Part shown: positions 59,396 through 64,000 of the stretch, one piece after another | How the letters are laid out: every line of letters starts with the position of its first letter | Position numbering within the stretch: position 1 is the first letter of the stretch | Origin: an uncultured Gammaproteobacteria bacterium | GTDB lineage: Bacteria > Pseudomonadota > Gammaproteobacteria > Chromatiales > Chromatiaceae | Length of the DNA: 64,000 bases | Assembly: GCA_963698355.1 (NCBI GenBank) | Contig: CAVOQO010000076.1 | Location: forward strand, 42,420 to 106,419 | Direction: 5' to 3' | Translations under genes and position numbers: made by a program | The notes under the pieces: model-generated | The model's input: the letters and a program-made list of their open reading frames with translations, nothing else | What the model was told of the DNA's origin: nothing | Databases searched by the model: none

Positions 59396-61081
59396 TCAGT
59401 AACCAAGTGGCTTCCCCAGTTCATATTGATTAAGAATTTCTTCCGATGAAAGTGCTGCATTGAAGATCGCGAGTTCGTCTATCGTTCCGTTCAAATTACG
59501 AACGGCGAACCACGGCGTCTTACGGAACGGCTGTCCCCAATTGCCGATTTCGGCGGGACCGATTCGCAGTTTGTCGATGAAGTACTTGTCGATGATCGCT
59601 TCGCTGCTGATTTGCTCGCCATTGACATACTGAGTCACTCGTCGAGCGGCGGGATCGTAGACGGCGGCCAGGTGAAACCATCGTCCGCTGTTGGAGATGT
59701 CCCAAATCGGCTGGCTCATGTAGACACGATGCAATCCCGCGTCGCGAACCATTTCATTGTCCTGTCGTGATGGATACTGAATTTCCTGCGTATCATCCAC
59801 CATCACCGAAAACATCAGGCGGCCATCGTCACGAATCTGCCAGTGAGGTTCACCGTTTTCGTAACCGTCGCCCATAAACAGCGAGTTGTAGACATGATCA
59901 AGACTGTCGATTCGCACCCAACACGCAAAAGTGAATGCCTGGAACTCACCGTCAATTCGCGTGCGAACGCGTGCACCGGTACGATCAAACTCCAGTCCCG
60001 CAGACTCGGATCCAAAGCGACCCAGTGTGCGATCAACCGGACCGACGAGTGCGCCGTCTAGTGTTTCGCCCGAGGACGCTTCGTTGCGAATCATGCGATC
60101 GTCCCGCATCTCCGCGATCGGGTAATAGGCGATCAGACGCTGATCTGTCCTCAACTTCCGCGAGTACTTCTGCCACTCGCCAAAACGCTCTGCCGTGGCG
60201 TCATCGCGCCTTCGCTGAACGTCATCAATCGTGCTGAGCGTTTCAAACGCTTCAGGCTGTTCGGTTCCCTTCAACCATTGTCGTTGTCCTGTGACCAAGT
60301 GGTTTCCATCGTGCTCACCACCGCGAAGTTCCACCTCTCCGTCGATCACTTCGACGCGAGCGTTTTCGGTTCCCACCTCCAACGCGAACTCCGTCCCCAA
60401 GTCCACGATTTCGCTCCCCGCCGCCTTCACAATGAAACCACGGGCCGCTGGCGGAACATTGGCACGCAGACGACCATTTACCACGACCACCGACCAATCC
60501 GACTGGACATCCAGTGTCGCGGGGCCTTCCACGATCAAAGTCGCCCCACAAAAGAAGTCGATCTCGGCAAGGCCCTCATCGATTTGCAGTCGGCCACCGG
60601 GAAGTACGTCGCCTTCGCGATAAACGATAGCCTCGGCAGACCACTTGAGATCGACACTGCGGCGAAGCGTTGCGTGTCCGGCGATCGTTTGTTCTTTGTC
60701 GAGAATTGCAAGTCTGGTCGTTGGGGCCGGAGAAGCGTCACGCTCCGAACCGAGAAAATATCCTGCCAGACCGACGGCAGCGAGAATGCTGGCCGCCAAC
60801 GCCCAGCGGCGCAAATTCGTCTGAGCATGAAACGCCTCGGCTGTTGGAAGCTCCACGTCATGAGCCGGAAGTTCTGAGGAATCCAGCGAAGCGTTGTAGA
60901 CGTCGCCAGGATAAATAGCACAGAGTGCTTCGTGGTTGTCGAGCAATTCGTGATAGCGACTCAAGGCTTCCGGCGAATGCGAAAGGAATGCCTCAAGGCG
61001 TGTTGCTTCGTCTTTGGAAAGTTGCCCATCGATCAGTCGGGAGACAAGCCGATCGAGGTCTTCCATCGATTCAGTGTTCAT
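59396..61081 (-). CDS. FecR plus LamG anti-sigma-like protein
   Basis: N-terminal helical domain, TM, VDLGTEF FecR motif, WFHLAAVYD and GTIDELAIFNAALS LamG motifs. Confidence 0.85.
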   Translation of the reverse strand: MNTESMEDLDRLVSRLIDGQLSKDEATRLEAFLSHSPEALSRYHELLDNHEALCAIYPGDVYNASLDSSELPAHDVELPTAEAFHAQTNLRRWALAASILAAVGLAGYFLGSERDASPAPTTRLAILDKEQTIAGHATLRRSVDLKWSAEAIVYREGDVLPGGRLQIDEGLAEIDFFCGATLIVEGPATLDVQSDWSVVVVNGRLRANVPPAARGFIVKAAGSEIVDLGTEFALEVGTENARVEVIDGEVELRGGEHDGNHLVTGQRQWLKGTEQPEAFETLSTIDDVQRRRDDATAERFGEWQKYSRKLRTDQRLIAYYPIAEMRDDRMIRNEASSGETLDGALVGPVDRTLGRFGSESAGLEFDRTGARVRTRIDGEFQAFTFACWVRIDSLDHVYNSLFMGDGYENGEPHWQIRDDGRLMFSVMVDDTQEIQYPSRQDNEMVRDAGLHRVYMSQPIWDISNSGRWFHLAAVYDPAARRVTQYVNGEQISSEAIIDKYFIDKLRIGPAEIGNWGQPFRKTPWFAVRNLNGTIDELAIFNAALSSEEILNQYELGKPLGY

Positions 61082-61635
61082 ACCGCGGTCTCCTGATTTA
61101 GACCGGTCCGGACACACTCCGCGAGTTGTTTGCGGATGCGTGTCAGCCGCATCCCGATAGCATCCACCGACTTCGTCAGAGCGAGAGCGATTGGCTCGAT
61201 CTGCTCGCCGTCACGATAACGTCGCTGAATGAGTTCACGGTCACCCTCTCGAAGACGCTCCAGACACCGACGGAGCACGGGGATGCGATCGTCCACCGCA
61301 GCTACATCTGCCTCGCAATGGCGGTCGAGAAGCTCATGGACCTTGTCGGTAAAGACCAGTCGTCCGGCGCCTGCCGACTTGCGCCACGACATCACCTGAA
61401 ACTTCGCGATTGTGAAAGCCCAAGCCGTAAAGCTCGAGCCATTTTGGAATTCGCCTGCCTTCCGACACAGGACCAGATTTGTCCTCTGCAAAACCTCGAG
61501 CGTCTGCTCGCGATCAGCCAGCCGTTTGAGAATAAATCCGTACAGTCGCGGCTGAATCGCCGCAATCTGGACAGCCAGTTCCTCCGGTCCGGAGAGTTCG
61601 TTTTTTGGGTCGGCCACCGTCATACGATTGTTCAT
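61078..61635 (-). CDS. ECF sigma-70 factor (Planctomycetes/Verrucomicrobia type)
   Basis: EVLQRTNLVL, FTAWAFTIAKFQV and LTRIRKQLAECV; coupled to the FecR gene. Confidence 0.9.
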   Translation of the reverse strand: MNNRMTVADPKNELSGPEELAVQIAAIQPRLYGFILKRLADREQTLEVLQRTNLVLCRKAGEFQNGSSFTAWAFTIAKFQVMSWRKSAGAGRLVFTDKVHELLDRHCEADVAAVDDRIPVLRRCLERLREGDRELIQRRYRDGEQIEPIALALTKSVDAIGMRLTRIRKQLAECVRTGLNQETAV

Positions 61636-61774
61636 AGCCTCAGCTAACGATACCTAATGATCATTTCCGCGATTTTTTCAATTTGCTAAATGGCGGCTCC
61701 CGACCAGACCGGTCGGCCCCCTGTGGCGAGCGGCAAACAGGCGAGAATAAGTCTCACTCCGACTGCGAATTGCA

Positions 61775-63373
61775 CTACTTGGTGACCCTAAGAACATAGG
61801 CAAACTCCGATGGCTTCGTTGACGGAAGTTCAACCGTCAAGCCCTGCTCGTCACGAGTCCAGTGGAGTTTCTGATCCGAACCCAACATCGTCACCGATGC
61901 AATTTCTTCGGGGTAGAACTCGCTGCCGCGGGCCAGCGATTTGACCGTAATCCGATTGTCCGTCGGCCAAGCCAGCCCAGTCACATACAGCGACTCTTCG
62001 CGAGTCGTGAATCGCAGGTCTTCTGCGGTGAACGGTTTGTCCTTTGACTCTGAAACGTGACCGGTGGAGACGGCGGTTGGGCCTTCGCCAAATGTTTTCC
62101 AATACGTCGTGTCGTAGATCGCTTCGCCGTTGATCTTCAGCCACCCGCCAATCGCATTCAGGATCGCCTGGTCTTCGTCGGGAATGGTGCCGTCGCTGCG
62201 AGGGCCAACGTTCAACAGCAGGCATCCGTTCTTGCTGACGATGTCGACAAGATCGTCGACCAAGCGGTCTGGCGTTTTGTATTTTTGGTTTTTCGTGTAT
62301 CCCCATGAGCTCGAACTGACCGCGGTATCGGTTTGCCAAAACGGCTTGCGAATCTCCGCCATCTTGGAACGTTCCTTGTCCAGCACCGCAGCGTTCGCCG
62401 GGAACGCATCCCACTTGTAATTGATGACGCCAATCCCACCGGATCTCTTTGACGTTTGGTTGTAGTAGTACGCCGCAAACTGCTTCAGGTGATCGGCGAA
62501 TGGGTTCTCTTGGTAAGTCGTTTTCTCGAGTTGCGGCGTGATTCCAAAATCGAACCAGAACACATCCGGTTGGTACTTGTCGACCAATTCGCAGGACCGA
62601 GCCAACCAATCGTCTTTGAATTGCTGGTCTTGAGGCGGAAAGAAGTTCTGGTAATCCCAGGCGTTTTCCCGGAACAAGAAAGGCATCGGCCGACCGTACA
62701 AACCCGCGTATTTTGGATCGGCATTATCAAAGTTCTCATTGCGAACGTAATACATCCAATTGAACGCCCGGTGGCTACTGACGCCGAACCTCATCCCTGC
62801 ATTGCGAACCGCCTTGGAAAGCTCACCGACCACGTCTCGTTTCGGCCCCATTTCCGACGCGTCCCACCGAGTGAACGAACAGTCGTACATCGGGAAGCCG
62901 TCGTGGTGTTCGGCGACTGGAATGACGTAGCGAGCGCCGGTGTCCTTGAATAGCTTCGCCCACTCGGCGGCGTCAAAATTTTCGGCCGTGAATTGCGGGA
63001 TGAAGTCCTTGTAGCCGAATGTCTTTTGCGGACCGTACGTGTCGATGTGATGTTGAAAGAAGTTGTCCCCGCGTCGATCCCGATTGATATACATTTGGCG
63101 CGGGTACCATTCACTTCCGTACGCCGGCACGCTGTAGACGCCCCAGTGGATGAAGATTCCGAACTTCGCGTCCTTGTACCACTGCGGAATCTCGTAACCT
63201 TCCAGCGACTGCCACTCGGCTTTGAACGGCCCCTGGTCGATCGCAGACCGAATCTTCGTCAGCGACTGCTCAACCAGCGGATGGGGGGCGGTCGCATCAT
63301 GAGGGGATTGGGCAAATGAATGACCCGCGATAAGTAACGCGATCGATGTCGCAAACATACTGTTTCGGAACAT
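61775..63373 (-). CDS. Alpha-L-fucosidase (GH29)
   Basis: WYKDAKFGIFIHWGVYSVP, AEHHDGF, WFD, VSKNGCLLLNVGP and NGEAIY. Confidence 0.93.
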   Translation of the reverse strand: MFRNSMFATSIALLIAGHSFAQSPHDATAPHPLVEQSLTKIRSAIDQGPFKAEWQSLEGYEIPQWYKDAKFGIFIHWGVYSVPAYGSEWYPRQMYINRDRRGDNFFQHHIDTYGPQKTFGYKDFIPQFTAENFDAAEWAKLFKDTGARYVIPVAEHHDGFPMYDCSFTRWDASEMGPKRDVVGELSKAVRNAGMRFGVSSHRAFNWMYYVRNENFDNADPKYAGLYGRPMPFLFRENAWDYQNFFPPQDQQFKDDWLARSCELVDKYQPDVFWFDFGITPQLEKTTYQENPFADHLKQFAAYYYNQTSKRSGGIGVINYKWDAFPANAAVLDKERSKMAEIRKPFWQTDTAVSSSSWGYTKNQKYKTPDRLVDDLVDIVSKNGCLLLNVGPRSDGTIPDEDQAILNAIGGWLKINGEAIYDTTYWKTFGEGPTAVSTGHVSESKDKPFTAEDLRFTTREESLYVTGLAWPTDNRITVKSLARGSEFYPEEIASVTMLGSDQKLHWTRDEQGLTVELPSTKPSEFAYVLRVTK

Positions 63374-63460
63374 ACATCAACCTGCCGAAAAATGGGTGGG
63401 ACTGAGGAAACGTGAATGATCGCCATCGCACATCACATCCAACCTTTTACGGTGCATTCA

Positions 63461-64000
63461 TTAGACCGCCGCGTCGGCGGAACTGGCGGCGGGATCGTTG
63501 TTCTCGGGAAGCCCCTCGGGGTGGCCGATGTTCTTCACCGGTTCAAAAATTTTCAACACATCCTCGAGCAACGATCGATCGATCGGTTGAGCAAGCCAAT
63601 CGGCCCATTTGCGAATATTGTCGGGGTTTGCGCTGCCGGCGATCGTGGTCGCCAGATCGGGATTGGCGCAGGAATATTGCAGCGCAAGCTGCGCGATATC
63701 GACGCCGGCTTGTTCACAGCGTTTCGCCGCGCGCGGGCCGCTTGCCGAACGTTTTCGGGATCCTTGTGCCATGCAGGCAACGGAGCGTTGGTCAGTAGAC
63801 GGGCCGCGAAGGGCCCCGCATTCATCACTCCGACGCCCTTGCTCTGCATCAGCGGCACGATCTCGTCGGCCAGTCGCGTATTTTGCAGCGTGTACTGGTT
63901 GTACGACAGAATGCAATCCAGGTCGGCTTTGGCGGAAACTTCGCGAAAGATTTTCGTCGGGTACCCACTGATGCCCACGTACCGCACTTTGCCGGATGCT
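63461..64000 (-). CDS. Aldo/keto reductase (5' partial, frameshifted)
   Basis: GKVRYVGISGYP, YNQYTL and IAQLALQY. Confidence 0.8.
   Translation of the reverse strand, partial: SIRQSAVRGHQWVPDENLSRSFRQSRPGLHSVVQPVHAAKYATGRRDRAADAEQGRRSDECGALRGPSTDQRSVACMAQGSRKRSASGPRAAKRCEQAGVDIAQLALQYSCANPDLATTIAGSANPDNIRKWADWLAQPIDRSLLEDVLKIFEPVKNIGHPEGLPENNDPAASSADAAV

Noticed and set aside
1-64000. tRNA, rRNA or riboswitch genes
   Set aside because: None recognised by eye; a tRNAscan-SE and Rfam search would be needed to exclude them.

Overview
Two different kinds of DNA are joined in this window. (1) 1 to ~52676 is high-GC gammaproteobacterial chromosome, probably a Chromatiaceae-like sulfur bacterium because it encodes a sulfur globule protein. 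It holds an arsenosugar-type radical SAM/glycosyltransferase cluster, cytochrome c peroxidase, cca, rlmKL, putP, an Orn/Lys/Arg decarboxylase, mrcB-lpoP-yoaA, hemE, uvrD, pepN and grxC-hslR. It also holds an unusual Wzz/PCP-type membrane protein fused to a degenerate tyrosine-recombinase domain (27234-29273). At ~39.0-46.8 kb there is an accessory island: an intact REP-associated tyrosine transposase (RAYT), about 20 GTAG-type REPs (including a 161-bp-period array), several toxin-antitoxin modules, three copies of a small coiled-coil gene, two MITE families, a duplicated 3' gene end and an IS5 remnant. A sigma54-preceded Tad/Flp pilus locus follows. (2) ~52677-64000 is lower-GC Planctomycetota-like DNA (DUF1501, DUF1549/DUF1553, two sulfatases, FecR/LamG, ECF sigma, GH29 fucosidase, aldo-keto reductase). 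It is fused mid-gene to the Tad locus in a zone rich in frameshifts, most likely a chimeric or low-coverage assembly. All calls come from motif recognition by eye; no database searches were run.
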